The notes: generated from the sequence alone by a model not told the origin. DNA of 64,000 bases from Burkholderiales bacterium (GCA_036394595.1 DASWEU010000121.1:3242-67241), one strand, 5' to 3'; shown: positions 8,339-18,658, counted from the stretch's first letter. Made by a program: numbers and translations.

Positions 8339-8691
8339 GGTGGCGAGAGCTTCTTCTTCTGCGCTTCGACCGCGGCGCGCGCCTGGACTGCAAACGCGCT
8401 TGCCGGGAAACGTGAAAGCAATCTGGCGTAGATCTGTATCGAGAGCGCCGGCTCGCCGGCTTCCGCGGCCTTGGACGCTGATTCGAACAATGATTGTTGA
8501 GCGGCAATTCCGACAACATCGGCTTTGGGTGCCGGCGCGGCTGCGGCCGGCGCCTGGGCCGCGACGACCAGGCTCGACAATCGCTGCTCCGCGGTTCGCT
8601 GGCGCTCGAGCCAGCCCAGGCGCAGGCGCCACAGGTAATAGCCGATGCCGCCGAGGGCGCCGATGACGATCAGCCAGGCGAGCGTCTTCAT
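8335..8691 (-). CDS. Hypothetical membrane-anchored protein
   Basis: 118 aa. N-terminal TM helix (MKTLAWLIVIGALGGIGYYLW), a Pro/Ala linker and a short helical C-terminal region. GC3-rich codons in the first half. Lies antisense between glcE and glcF. Confidence 0.55.
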   Translation of the reverse strand: MKTLAWLIVIGALGGIGYYLWRLRLGWLERQRTAEQRLSSLVVAAQAPAAAAPAPKADVVGIAAQQSLFESASKAAEAGEPALSIQIYARLLSRFPASAFAVQARAAVEAQKKKLSPP

Positions 8692-8711
8692 GGAAAAAGT
8701 ATAGCGGTCGC

Positions 8712-9938
8712 ATGCAGACCAGCCTCGCCGATTTCATCCGCGAGCGTCCCGAGGGACGCGAGGCGGAGTCCATCCTGCGTAAATGCGTGCACTGCGGCTT
8801 CTGCACTGCCACCTGCCCGACCTACCAGGTGCTGGGCGACGACCTCGACAGCCCGCGCGGGCGCATCTACCTGATCAAGCGCGTGCTCGAGGGTGCGCCG
8901 GTCACCGGGCGCACGCGCCTGCACCTCGACCGCTGCCTGACCTGCCGCGCCTGCGAGACCACCTGTCCGTCGGGCGTGCAGTACGGGCGTCTGGCGGACA
9001 TCGGCCGCGCGATCGTGGAGGAGCGAACCACGCGTCCCCGGGTGGATCGGGTCATCCGGGCCGTGCTGTCGTTCGTGCTGCCCCGCACGGCTTTGTTCGG
9101 CACCCTTCTATCGATCGGACGATTCTTCAAGGCCTGCCTTCCGCAAAACCTGAAACAGAAAATCCCTGCGAAAAGCGATCCCGGCGCGTGGCCGGCGCCG
9201 CGCCACGCGCGCCGCATGCTGGTGTTGGCGGGCTGCGTGCAACCGGCGCTCGCGCCGTCCATCAACGCCGCCGCCGCGCGCGTGCTCGACCGCCAGGGCG
9301 TCTCGCTGGTCGAAGCGCCCCGCGCCGGATGTTGCGGCGGCATCCGCTTCCACCTCAACCGCCAGGACGAGGGCCGCGACGACATGCGCGCGCTGATCGA
9401 CGCCTGGTGGCCCGCCATCGAACGCGGCGAGATCGAGGCCATCGTGATGACGGCCAGCGGCTGCGGCGTAACGGTGAAGGAGTACGACCACCTGCTGGCC
9501 GGCGATCCGCAGTACGCGGAAAAGGCGAAACGCATCGCGTCGATGACGAAGGACCTTGCCGAAATCATCGAATTGAAGAATTCCCGAGGCAACGAGAACC
9601 TTGGCCGCGTGGCGTTCCAATCGCCGTGCTCGCTGCAGCACGGCCAGCAGTTGAACGGGAAAGTGGAGGCCCTCCTGAAAAGCGCGGGTTTTTCGCTCAC
9701 CGCGGTGCGTGACCCGCACTTGTGCTGCGGCTCGGCCGGCACGTATTCCCTGCTGCAGCCGGAAATTTCGGCCGAGCTGCGCCAGCGCAAGCTGGCCGCA
9801 CTGCACGAGGATAGCCCTCAATTCATCGCCACCGCCAATATCGGCTGCCTCGCGCATCTGCAGGGCGCCAGCACTGCCCCGGTGCGCCACTGGATCGAAC
9901 TGCTCGACGAGGCCCTGCGGCGTAAAATGAGCGCATGA
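8712..9938 (+). CDS. glcF: Glycolate oxidase iron-sulfur subunit GlcF
   Basis: 408 aa. Two ferredoxin-type clusters (CVHCGFCTATCP, CLTCRACETTCP) followed by CCG-type Cys motifs (CCGG, CCGSAG). Confidence 0.92.
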   Translation: MQTSLADFIRERPEGREAESILRKCVHCGFCTATCPTYQVLGDDLDSPRGRIYLIKRVLEGAPVTGRTRLHLDRCLTCRACETTCPSGVQYGRLADIGRAIVEERTTRPRVDRVIRAVLSFVLPRTALFGTLLSIGRFFKACLPQNLKQKIPAKSDPGAWPAPRHARRMLVLAGCVQPALAPSINAAAARVLDRQGVSLVEAPRAGCCGGIRFHLNRQDEGRDDMRALIDAWWPAIERGEIEAIVMTASGCGVTVKEYDHLLAGDPQYAEKAKRIASMTKDLAEIIELKNSRGNENLGRVAFQSPCSLQHGQQLNGKVEALLKSAGFSLTAVRDPHLCCGSAGTYSLLQPEISAELRQRKLAALHEDSPQFIATANIGCLAHLQGASTAPVRHWIELLDEALRRKMSA

Positions 9939-11995
9939 GCACTCAGGTCGTCCGCGCCGCCTGCCCGCACGACTGCCCCGACACCTGCGGCATGCTGGTC
10001 ACCGTCGAGGACGGCGTGGCGGTGAAGATCCAGGGCGACCCCTCGATGCCTTTCACCGAGGGCACGCTGTGCACCAAGGTGGCGTACTACCTCGAGCGCA
10101 CCTACTCGCCGGACCGGGTTCTCTATCCCCAGAAACGAATCGGAAAGAAGGGCGAGGGCCGCTTCCGTCGCATTTCCTGGGACGAGGCGCTCGACGAGAT
10201 CGCGGCCCGGCTGAAGGCGATCGCGGCCGAGGACCCGCAGATGATCCTGCCCTGCAGCTATGCCGGCACCATGGGCATGCTGCAGTACAGCTCGATGGAC
10301 CGGCGCTTCTTCAACCGCCTCGGCGCCTCGCAGCTGGAGCGCACGCTTTGCTCCTCGGCCGGCAAGGCGGGCCTCAAGGCGACGCTCGGCGGCAGCGTCG
10401 GCATGGATCCCGAGCGCTTCGTCGACTCGAAGCTGATCCTGATCTGGGGCTCGAACCCCATCGTTTCCAACCTGCACTTCTGGTCGCGCGCGCAGGAGGC
10501 GAAGCGCCGCGGCGCCAAGCTCGTCGCCATCGATCCCTATCGCAGCCTGACGGCGGAGAAGTGCTCGCAGCACATCGCGCTGCTGCCGGGCACCGACGCG
10601 GCGCTGGCGCTCGGCATGATGCATGTGCTGATCGCCGAAGACCTGGTCGACCACGACTACATTGCGCGCTATACGCTGGGCTTTGAGCTTCTCAAAAAGA
10701 GAATACTCCAGGACTATTCTCCGGCTCGCGTCGCGCAGATCTGCGGCTTGAAGACCGAGGAGGTGGTGCAGCTCGCGCGCGACTACGGCCGCACGCGCCC
10801 GGCGGGCATCCGCCTGAACTACGGCATGCAGCGCCACGCCGGCGGCGGCATCGCGGCGCGCACGATCGCCTGCCTGCCGGCGCTGGTCGGTGCGTGGCGC
10901 GAAGCGGCGGGGGGCATCGTGCTCACTACGGCGGACTTTTACGGATTCGACCAGGCGGCGCTCGAACGTCCCGACCTGATGCCGGCCAAACGCCCGCGCA
11001 GCATCAACCATTCCGCGCTCGGCGACGCGCTCACCGCCGCCTCGCCGCCGGTGAAGGCGACCGTCGTCTACAACAACAATCCGGTCGCAGTATGCCCGGA
11101 TTCGAGCAAAGTGATCGCCGGCTTCGCGCGCGAGGACCTGTTCACGGTGGTGATGGATTCCTTCCTCACCGACACTGCCGATTACGCCGACATCGTGCTG
11201 CCGGCGACCACGCAGCTCGAGCACGACGACATTCACAAGTCTTACGGCCACCTCTACGTGCTGGCGAACAACGCCGCCATCAAGCCGGTCGGCGAGTCGC
11301 TGCCCAACATCGAGGTGTTCCGGCGCCTGGCCGCGCGCATGGGCTTCGACGAGGCCTGCTTCCGCGATAGCGACGACGCAGTGGCGCGACAGGCGATTGG
11401 CTCGGGACACCGCAATCTCGCCGGCGTCGACTGGGACACGCTCAAGCAGCAGGGCTGGCAGCGGCTTTCGGTACCGCAGAACTTCGCGCCGTTCGCGCAG
11501 GGCGGTTTCCCGACGCCGTCGGGCAAGTGCGAGCTCTACAGTGCTGCGCTTGAGAAGCAGGGCATCGACCCATTGCCTTTCTACAACCCGCCGGCGGAGT
11601 CGGCCGCGAGCAACCCCGGCCTGGCGCGCAAGTATCCGCTCAGTTTCCTTTCGCCGCCGCGGCGCAACTTCCTCAACTCGAGCTTTGCCAACCTGCCGCG
11701 CTTTCGCGATGGCGACCGGCCAGCCGAGCTCGAGCTGCACGCCGACGATGCGGTGGCGCGCGGCATCCGCGACGGCGACCGCGTGCGCGTGTTCAACGAC
11801 CGTGGCTCGTTCGGCGCCGTGGCGCGCGTCAATGGCAAGCCGCGCCGTGGCGTGGTGGTGGCGCTGTCGGTGTGGTGGCGCAAGTTCGCCGCCGACCGCA
11901 AGAACGCCAATGACCTGACCTCGCAGCGCACCGCGGACCTCGGCGGCGCGGCGACGTTCTACGATTGCCTGGTGGAAGTCGAGAAAGCTGCCTGA
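9935..11995 (+). CDS. Molybdopterin (MopB superfamily) oxidoreductase, substrate unknown
   Basis: 686 aa. N-terminal 4Fe-4S motif CPHDCPDTCG...C. Typical MopB blocks (ISWDEALDEIA, LILIWGSNP) and a C-terminal beta-barrel region (VRVFNDRGS). ATGA overlap with the glcF stop. Confidence 0.85.
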   Translation: MSTQVVRAACPHDCPDTCGMLVTVEDGVAVKIQGDPSMPFTEGTLCTKVAYYLERTYSPDRVLYPQKRIGKKGEGRFRRISWDEALDEIAARLKAIAAEDPQMILPCSYAGTMGMLQYSSMDRRFFNRLGASQLERTLCSSAGKAGLKATLGGSVGMDPERFVDSKLILIWGSNPIVSNLHFWSRAQEAKRRGAKLVAIDPYRSLTAEKCSQHIALLPGTDAALALGMMHVLIAEDLVDHDYIARYTLGFELLKKRILQDYSPARVAQICGLKTEEVVQLARDYGRTRPAGIRLNYGMQRHAGGGIAARTIACLPALVGAWREAAGGIVLTTADFYGFDQAALERPDLMPAKRPRSINHSALGDALTAASPPVKATVVYNNNPVAVCPDSSKVIAGFAREDLFTVVMDSFLTDTADYADIVLPATTQLEHDDIHKSYGHLYVLANNAAIKPVGESLPNIEVFRRLAARMGFDEACFRDSDDAVARQAIGSGHRNLAGVDWDTLKQQGWQRLSVPQNFAPFAQGGFPTPSGKCELYSAALEKQGIDPLPFYNPPAESAASNPGLARKYPLSFLSPPRRNFLNSSFANLPRFRDGDRPAELELHADDAVARGIRDGDRVRVFNDRGSFGAVARVNGKPRRGVVVALSVWWRKFAADRKNANDLTSQRTADLGGAATFYDCLVEVEKAA

Positions 11996-11998
11996 GCG

Positions 11999-12526
11999 GT
12001 GGATGAGCAAGCGGTTGCCGCGCAGATCGACGCCTTCCACGACGCGCTGACCGGGCTGCCCAACCGGCGCCTGCTCGACGACCGCCTGCAGCAGCTGCTG
12101 CACCTCGCGCGCCGCCGTACGCGACAGCTGGCGGTGGTGCTGATGGACCTCGACAACTTCAAGCAGGTGAACGACGAGCGCGGGCACGCCGTGGGCGACG
12201 CCGTGCTGCGCGAGGTGGCGGCACGCCTCGCGCGCTGCGTGCGCAAGGCCGATACCGTCGCCCGCCACGGCGCCGACGAATTCGCGCTGGTGCTCTGCGA
12301 CCTGCAGGCCGAGGCCGGCTGCCGCCTGGTGGCGGAGCGCCTGCTGCGCACCATGGCCGAAGAAATCCCGGCGCAGGGGCGCCCGGTGGCGCTCGCCGTC
12401 AGCGTCGGCATCTCGCTCTTCCCGGCGGACGCCGGCGACGGCGAGGCGCTGCTGCGCAATGCCGGCGCCGCCCTGCACCGCGCCAAGCAGGCCGGCCACA
12501 ATCAGTACGCCTTTTATGGCAGATGA
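11999..12526 (+). CDS. Stand-alone GGDEF-domain protein with variant active site (GADEF) and retained RxxD I-site
   Basis: 175 aa. DALTGLPNRR, DLDNFKQVNDERGH, RKADTVARHGADEF, GISLFP. No sensory or TM domain. GTG start 3 nt after the MopB stop. Confidence 0.8.
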   Translation: MDEQAVAAQIDAFHDALTGLPNRRLLDDRLQQLLHLARRRTRQLAVVLMDLDNFKQVNDERGHAVGDAVLREVAARLARCVRKADTVARHGADEFALVLCDLQAEAGCRLVAERLLRTMAEEIPAQGRPVALAVSVGISLFPADAGDGEALLRNAGAALHRAKQAGHNQYAFYGR

Positions 12527-14306
12527 GCGGCCGCTGAAGGCGCGCACTCGTTCGCTCATGCGCCTCGCGCGCTTCCTGCTGCCCTACCGCTGGCGCATCG
12601 CGGCGGCCGCGGTGGCGCTCGCCGCCGCCGCCGGCTGCGTACTGGCGCTCGGCCAGGGGCTGAAGCTGGTGATCGACGCCGGCTTCGGCAGCGGCGAGCC
12701 GCGCCTGCTCGACCAGGCGCTCGCCGGCCTGATCGCGGTTGCCGCGACGCTCGCCACCGCCACCTGGTTCCGCTTCTACCTGATGATGAGTACCGGCGAG
12801 CGCGTGGTCACGGATCTGCGCCGCGCGGTGTTCGACCACATCCTCGGCCTCGATGCGTCGTTCTTCGAGGCCGAGCGCACCGGCGGCGTGATCTCGCGCC
12901 TGACCAACGACAGCGCGCAGCTGCAGGCGGTGATCGGCTTCGGCCTGTCGATGTTCGTGCGCAACCTCCTGATGATGGCCGGCGCGGCGGTGATGCTGTT
13001 CGTCACCAGCTGGAAGCTGGCGCTGTTCATCCTGCTCGGCGTGCCGGCGACGCTGGTGCCGATCCTGCTGCTCGGCGCGCGCGTGCGGCGGCTGTCGCGC
13101 GACAGCCAGGACCGGGTGGCCGATGTCTCGGCCTACGTCGACGAGGCGGTGCATGAAATCCGCACGGTGCAGGCCTACGCGCACGAGGCGGCGGACCGCG
13201 CGGCGTTCGCGCAGCACGCCGAGTCCGCCTACCGCGTCGGCGTCGAGCGCGTGCGGCAGAAGGCCTGGCTGATCTCGTCGGTGATGCTGATCGCCTTCAG
13301 CGCGGTCGGGGTAATCCTCTGGGTCGGCGGCCATGACGTGCTCGCCGGCCGGATGACCGCGGGCGAGCTCTCGGCGTTCGTCTTCTATGCCTCGGTCGTC
13401 GCGACCGGTGCCGGCACCGTGTCCGAGATCTGGGGCGAATTGCAGCGCGCTGCGGGCGCAACCGAGCGCCTGATGGAGCTCCTCGAAACTCGGCCGGCGA
13501 TCGTCGCGCCGGTGGTTCCGGCACTCGCGCCGCGCACGCCTGCGCCGACGGTGGAATTCGAACGCGTCGGCTTCGCCTACCCCAGCCGGCCGGGCACGCC
13601 CGCGCTCGAGAGTTTCAGCCTGCGGGTGGCGCCGGGCGAGCGCCTGGCGCTGGTGGGGCCTTCCGGCGCCGGCAAGTCGACGCTGTTCGCGTTGCTGCTG
13701 CGCTTCTACGACCCGCAGCAGGGGCGCATCCGCATCGACAGCGTGGACGTGCGCGACCTCGACCCGCAGGCGGCGCGGCGCCTGGTCGCCGTGGTGCCGC
13801 AGGACCCGGTGATCTTTGCCGCCAGCGTGCTCGACAACGTGCGCTACGGCCGGCCGACGGCGAGCCGCGAGGAGGCGCTCGCCGCCTGCGAGCGCGCCCA
13901 CGCGCTGGAATTCATTGAACGCCTGCCGCACGGTGTCGACACGCCGCTCGGCGAGCGCGGCGTGACGCTGTCGGGCGGGCAGCGCCAGCGCCTGTCGATT
14001 GCGCGGGCGCTGCTCGCCGACCGGCCGATCCTACTGCTCGACGAGGCGACCAGCTCGCTCGACGCGGCGAGCGAGCTCGCCGTGCAGCAGGCGCTCGAGG
14101 CGCTGGAACAGGGACGCACCACGCTCGCCATCGCGCACCGCCTCGCCACCGTGCGCCACGCCGAGCGCATCGTGGTGATGGAGCGCGGCGCCATCGTCGC
14201 GCAGGGCACGCACGTGGAGCTCATGCGGCAGGGCGGGCTGTACGCCAGCCTCGCCCGCCTGCAGTTTCTCGACGGCGGGGCCTACCCGGAGAGTCGAGCC
14301 GCCTAG
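12516..14306 (+). CDS. ABC transporter, fused permease/ATPase (MsbA-related exporter type)
   Basis: I take ATG 12516 (MADERPLKARTRSLMRLARFLLPYRW...) as the start. Six-TM exporter domain, Walker A GPSGAGKST, signature LSGGQRQR, Walker B ILLLDEATS. Overlaps the GGDEF gene end by 11 nt. Confidence 0.88.
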   Translation: MADERPLKARTRSLMRLARFLLPYRWRIAAAAVALAAAAGCVLALGQGLKLVIDAGFGSGEPRLLDQALAGLIAVAATLATATWFRFYLMMSTGERVVTDLRRAVFDHILGLDASFFEAERTGGVISRLTNDSAQLQAVIGFGLSMFVRNLLMMAGAAVMLFVTSWKLALFILLGVPATLVPILLLGARVRRLSRDSQDRVADVSAYVDEAVHEIRTVQAYAHEAADRAAFAQHAESAYRVGVERVRQKAWLISSVMLIAFSAVGVILWVGGHDVLAGRMTAGELSAFVFYASVVATGAGTVSEIWGELQRAAGATERLMELLETRPAIVAPVVPALAPRTPAPTVEFERVGFAYPSRPGTPALESFSLRVAPGERLALVGPSGAGKSTLFALLLRFYDPQQGRIRIDSVDVRDLDPQAARRLVAVVPQDPVIFAASVLDNVRYGRPTASREEALAACERAHALEFIERLPHGVDTPLGERGVTLSGGQRQRLSIARALLADRPILLLDEATSSLDAASELAVQQALEALEQGRTTLAIAHRLATVRHAERIVVMERGAIVAQGTHVELMRQGGLYASLARLQFLDGGAYPESRAA

Positions 14307-14349
14307 ATCGTTCGGCTAAAATCGGCACACCTTCCCAAGCAGGAGCTCC

Positions 14350-15912
14350 ATGTCTCAGATTATCGGCGTGCCGCGCGAGACCGCCGCGGGCGAGAAGCGC
14401 GTCGCCACGGTTCCCGAGGTGGTGGAAAAGCTCGTCAAGCTGGGCTTCCGGGTGGTGGTCGAACCTGGCGCGGGCGACGCGGCCAACTTTTCCGACGAGG
14501 TTTACCGTGCAGCCGGCGCAGAAGTCTCCCCTGGTGTCTGGGGAACCGCCGACATCATTTTCAAGGTGCGTGCGCCGAGCCCAGCCGAAGTGGCGCACAT
14601 GCGCGAAGGCCAGGTACTGGTCAGCTTCCTCTGGCCGGCGCAGAACCCGGAGTTGATGCAAAGCCTCGCGGCGCGCAAAGCCACGGTACTCGCCATGGAC
14701 AGCGTGCCGCGCATCTCGCGCGCGCAGAAGCTCGACGCGCTCTCGTCGATGGCCAATATCGCCGGCTATCGCGCGGTGATCGAAGCAGCGCACCATTTCG
14801 GCCGCTTCTTCACCGGCCAGATCACCGCCGCGGGCAAAGTGCCGCCGGCCAAGGTGTTCATCATCGGAGCGGGCGTGGCGGGCCTCGCGGCGATCGGCGC
14901 CGCCGCCGGCCTCGGCGCCATCGTGCGCGCCAATGACACGCGGCCCGAGGTGGCCGACCAGATCAAGTCGCTCGGCGGCGAGTACGTCGGCGTCGACTAC
15001 GTCGAGGAGGGCAGCGGCACCGGCGGCTACGCCAAGGTGATGAGCGATGGCTTCCAGAAGGCGCAAGCCGCGGTCTTCGCCAAGCAGGCAAAGGATGTCG
15101 ACGTGATCATCACCACCGCCCTGATCCCGGGCAAGCCCGCGCCGCGGCTGATCAGCGCCGAGATGGTGCGCTCGATGAAGCCCGGCAGCGTGATCGTCGA
15201 TCTTGCCGCGGAGCAGGGCGGCAACTGCGAGCTGACTTCGCCCGGCCAGGTCGTGGTGCGCCATGGCGTGACCCTCATCGGCTACACCGACCTGCCGAGC
15301 CGCCTCGCCCGGCAGTCGAGCACGCTCTACGCGACGAACCTGCTGCGCCTCGCCGAGGAGCTGTGTAAGAGCAAGGACGGCCGGTTCAACGTCAACATGG
15401 ACGACGAAGTGATCCGCGGCACCACCGTGATCAAGGACGGCGCCATCACCTGGCCGCCGCCACCGCCAAAGCTTTCGGCCGCGCCGCCGAAACTTGTGGC
15501 GTCAAAACCACCACCTCCAAAACACGGGGAGACGAGCGGACCGGCATCGGCACGGACTACTGCAATGGTCTTTCTTGCCGCGGCCATCCTGTTCTGGTTC
15601 ATCGGCGCTAATGCGCCGGCCGCGTTCCTCGGCCATTTCACCGTGTTCGTGCTCGCCTGCTTCGTCGGCTACATGGTGATCTGGAACGTGACGCCAGCGC
15701 TGCACACGCCGCTGATGAGCGTCACCAACGCCATCAGCAGCATCATCGCCATCGGCGCGCTGGTCCAAGTGGCTCCTCCAATAAATAATTCTCTGGAAAG
15801 ACCGACGATGTGGATCATCGGCCTCGCCGTGGTCAGCATCGCGCTGGTGGCGATCAACATGTTCGGCGGCTTCGCGGTCACGCAGCGCATGCTGCAGATG
15901 TTCCGCAAATAA
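14350..15912 (+). CDS. pntA: NAD(P) transhydrogenase subunit alpha (fused dI + dII-alpha)
   Basis: 520 aa. [15 protein letters not shown], Rossmann [14 protein letters not shown]-terminal TM helices. AGGAG SD 8 nt upstream. Confidence 0.93.
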   Translation: MSQIIGVPRETAAGEKRVATVPEVVEKLVKLGFRVVVEPGAGDAANFSDEVYRAAGAEVSPGVWGTADIIFKVRAPSPAEVAHMREGQVLVSFLWPAQNPELMQSLAARKATVLAMDSVPRISRAQKLDALSSMANIAGYRAVIEAAHHFGRFFTGQITAAGKVPPAKVFIIGAGVAGLAAIGAAAGLGAIVRANDTRPEVADQIKSLGGEYVGVDYVEEGSGTGGYAKVMSDGFQKAQAAVFAKQAKDVDVIITTALIPGKPAPRLISAEMVRSMKPGSVIVDLAAEQGGNCELTSPGQVVVRHGVTLIGYTDLPSRLARQSSTLYATNLLRLAEELCKSKDGRFNVNMDDEVIRGTTVIKDGAITWPPPPPKLSAAPPKLVASKPPPPKHGETSGPASARTTAMVFLAAAILFWFIGANAPAAFLGHFTVFVLACFVGYMVIWNVTPALHTPLMSVTNAISSIIAIGALVQVAPPINNSLERPTMWIIGLAVVSIALVAINMFGGFAVTQRMLQMFRK

Positions 15913-17339
15913 TGTCGGCAACCCTGCTCACCGCCTCGTACCTCGGCGCGGCGATTCTCTTCATCCTCAGCCTGGGGGGGTTGTCCAGTCCGGAGAGTTC
16001 CCGCCGCGGCAATCTCTACGGCATGATCGGCATGACGATCGCGGTGCTGGCCACGGTGCTGGGGCCGCAGGTCACCAAGGCGGGCTATCCCTGGATCATC
16101 GGCGCCATGGCGGTCGGCGCGGCGATCGGCGTCTACGCCGCGCGCTTTGTGAAGATGACGCAGATGCCCGAACTGGTGGCGCTGATGCACAGCCTGGTCG
16201 GCCTCGCCGCCGTGCTGGTGGGTTACGCCAACTACATCGATCCGGCCGCAAGCGCCGGCTTCCAGGGCGCCGAGAAGACCATCCACGAGCTCGAGATCTA
16301 CATTGGCGTCCTGATCGGCGCGGTGACGTTCTCGGGTTCGCTCACCGCTTTCGGCAAATTGTCGGCCAGGATCAGCGGCAAGCCGATGCTGCTGCCGGCG
16401 CGTCACTGGATCAACCTCCTCGGGTTGCTGGGCGTGATCTGGTGCGGCGGCTGGTTCATCCAGACGCACGCGATCGACGCTGGCCTGCAGCCGCTCCCGA
16501 TCATGACGGCGATCGCGCTGCTGTTCGGCATCCACATGGTGATGGCGATCGGCGGCGCCGACATGCCCGTGGTGGTATCGATGCTGAACAGCTACTCGGG
16601 CTGGGCGGCGGCGGCGACCGGCTTCATGCTGTCGAACGACCTGCTGATCGTCACCGGCGCGCTGGTGGGTTCCTCCGGCGCGATTCTCTCCTACATCATG
16701 TGCCGCGCCATGAACCGGAATTTTGTCAGCGTGATCGCGGGCGGCTTCGGCACCGCCGGCAGCGCCGCGCCGGCGGCGGGCGCGCCGGGTGCGGGCGGCC
16801 AGCCCGCGGGCGAGGTAGTGTCGATCAACGCGCCGGACACCGCAGGCCTGCTGCGCGAGGCGAAAAACGTGATCATCGTTCCGGGCTACGGCATGGCGGT
16901 GGCGCAGGCGCAGCACGCGGTGTACGAGATCACCCGCCTGCTGCGGGAGAGGGGCGTCAACGTGCGCTTCGGCATCCATCCGGTGGCCGGGCGCATGCCG
17001 GGGCACATGAACGTGCTGCTCGCGGAAGCCAGGGTGCCCTACGACATCGTGATGGAGATGGACGAAATCAACGCCGATTTTCCCGACACCGACGTGGCGA
17101 TGGTGATCGGCGCCAACGACATCGTGAACCCGGCCGCGCAGGAGGATCCGGCGAGCCCGATCGCCGGCATGCCGGTGCTCGAGGTGTGGAAGGCGAAAAC
17201 CTCGATCGTGATGAAGCGCAGCATGGCCTCGGGCTACGCCGGCGTCGATAATCCGCTCTTCTACAAGGACAACAATCGCATGCTGTTCGGCGACGCGAAA
17301 AAAATGCTCGACGAGGTGCTGGCCGCGCTCAAGCTCTGA
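15912..17339 (+). CDS. pntB: NAD(P) transhydrogenase subunit beta
   Basis: Start at ATG 15912 (TAATG overlap with the pntA stop): [25 protein letters not shown]... C-terminal dIII NADP(H) domain ([26 protein letters not shown]). Confidence 0.93.
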   Translation: MSATLLTASYLGAAILFILSLGGLSSPESSRRGNLYGMIGMTIAVLATVLGPQVTKAGYPWIIGAMAVGAAIGVYAARFVKMTQMPELVALMHSLVGLAAVLVGYANYIDPAASAGFQGAEKTIHELEIYIGVLIGAVTFSGSLTAFGKLSARISGKPMLLPARHWINLLGLLGVIWCGGWFIQTHAIDAGLQPLPIMTAIALLFGIHMVMAIGGADMPVVVSMLNSYSGWAAAATGFMLSNDLLIVTGALVGSSGAILSYIMCRAMNRNFVSVIAGGFGTAGSAAPAAGAPGAGGQPAGEVVSINAPDTAGLLREAKNVIIVPGYGMAVAQAQHAVYEITRLLRERGVNVRFGIHPVAGRMPGHMNVLLAEARVPYDIVMEMDEINADFPDTDVAMVIGANDIVNPAAQEDPASPIAGMPVLEVWKAKTSIVMKRSMASGYAGVDNPLFYKDNNRMLFGDAKKMLDEVLAALKL

Positions 17340-17443
17340 CGCATAACGCAACGGAACCGCCGCGCTCACGCGCGGTCCAACAGGGGACCGCCGGCCCCAA
17401 GAATCAAAAGTCGTGCTCGGCCGGCCCCCCCGGGGAGATCGCC

Positions 17444-18658
17444 ATGCAGGACCTGTTGTGGTTCCTGCCACTTTGGCCGCCGGATCTGGGCGAGCTGGTC
17501 GCCTTCGGCGCGCTGCTGATCGCCGGCCTGGTGGGCGGCGAGGTGGCCAACCGCTGGCTCTCGCTGCCGCGCATCACCGGTTACGTCCTGAGCGGCATCG
17601 CCTTCGGCCCCGAGGGGTTCGGCCTGGTGCGCGCACCGCTGCTCGACGAAACGCGCGTGATCGTCGACCTGGCGCTCGGCCTGGTGATGTTCGAACTCGG
17701 CGCGCGCCTGGATGCCGAATGGTTCGCGCGCAACCGCTGGCTGTTCGTTGCCGCGCTCGGCGAGAGCCTGGGCGCCTTCTTCGCCATCTACGCCGGCCTG
17801 CTGTGGTTCGGTTTCTCGCCGCTGCTGGCCGGCTGCGCCGCCGCGGTGGGGACCGCGACCTCGCCGGCCGTCGTCATCCTGGTGGCGCACGAGCTGCGCG
17901 CCTCGGGCCAGATCACCGAGCGCATGCTGCTGTTCACCGCGGTGAATTGCGCCGCCGCCTTCGTCGCGTTGATGCTGCTGCTGCCGCTGCTGCACCTGGA
18001 GTACCGCGCCGACTGGCGCACCGCGATTCTGCATCCGGCCTACCTGCTGTTCGGCGCCGCGCTGCTCGGCTACCTCGCCAGCCGGACGATGCTGGCCCTC
18101 GCGCGCTGGGTCGGCAAGCGCGAGGACCGGCAATTCGTGCTGCTGGTGGCGACCATCGTGCTGGTGGTGGGCCTCGCGCGCGCGGCCGAGGTGACGGTGG
18201 TGGTGGCGCTGCTGACGCTCGGCATGCTGGCGCGCAACCTCGACCGCGACCACGTGCTGGTGCCGCTGCAGTTCGGCTATGCCGGCCAGCTGCTGTTCGT
18301 GGTGCTGTTCGTGATTACCGGTGCGAGCCTGGACTTCGGCCTGATCGGGCCCGCGGCGCTGGCGGCAGTGGCGTTCATCGTGCTGCGCTTTCTCGGCAAG
18401 GCGGCGGCGATCCTCGTGTTGGGGCGCCTCTCCGGCCTGCGCCCGGGCGGCGGCGGCCTGCTGTCGCTTTCGCTGCTGCCGATGTCGGGACTCGCCGTCA
18501 TCATGGTGTGGGACACCGCGGTGCTGTTTCCGTCCTTCGGCATGGAGCTTGCGACCGTGGTGATGTCCGCTGCCGCGATCCTCGAGCTGATCGGACCGCT
18601 CGCCACGCAGGCGGCGCTGCGACTTGCCGGCGAAGCGGGCGCGGAGAAAACCAGATGA
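17444..18658 (+). CDS. Cation:proton antiporter (CPA2/Kef-like membrane domain, no KTN/RCK domain)
   Basis: 404 aa, about 11-12 TM. LPRITGYVLSGIAFGPEGFGLV is typical of the Na+/H+ exchanger family. Confidence 0.85.
   Translation: MQDLLWFLPLWPPDLGELVAFGALLIAGLVGGEVANRWLSLPRITGYVLSGIAFGPEGFGLVRAPLLDETRVIVDLALGLVMFELGARLDAEWFARNRWLFVAALGESLGAFFAIYAGLLWFGFSPLLAGCAAAVGTATSPAVVILVAHELRASGQITERMLLFTAVNCAAAFVALMLLLPLLHLEYRADWRTAILHPAYLLFGAALLGYLASRTMLALARWVGKREDRQFVLLVATIVLVVGLARAAEVTVVVALLTLGMLARNLDRDHVLVPLQFGYAGQLLFVVLFVITGASLDFGLIGPAALAAVAFIVLRFLGKAAAILVLGRLSGLRPGGGGLLSLSLLPMSGLAVIMVWDTAVLFPSFGMELATVVMSAAAILELIGPLATQAALRLAGEAGAEKTR

Noticed and set aside
9935-11995. Selenocysteine (in-frame TGA) recoding in the formate-dehydrogenase-like MopB gene
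   Set aside because: The ORF is uninterrupted from ATG to stop, and no in-frame TGA or SECIS-like hairpin is needed to explain it.
9818-12559. 913-aa minus-strand ORF antisense to the MopB oxidoreductase and GGDEF genes
   Set aside because: It has no recognisable domains and an extreme Arg/Ala/Gly/His composition. The + strand carries clear MopB and GGDEF motifs. The same reasoning rejects 12399-13931(-), 14221-15264(-), 15669-17471(-), 22160-23515(-), 33776-35050(-), 34773-36077(-), 55162-56856(-), 57903-59618(-), 60170-61141(-) and 62643-63815(-).
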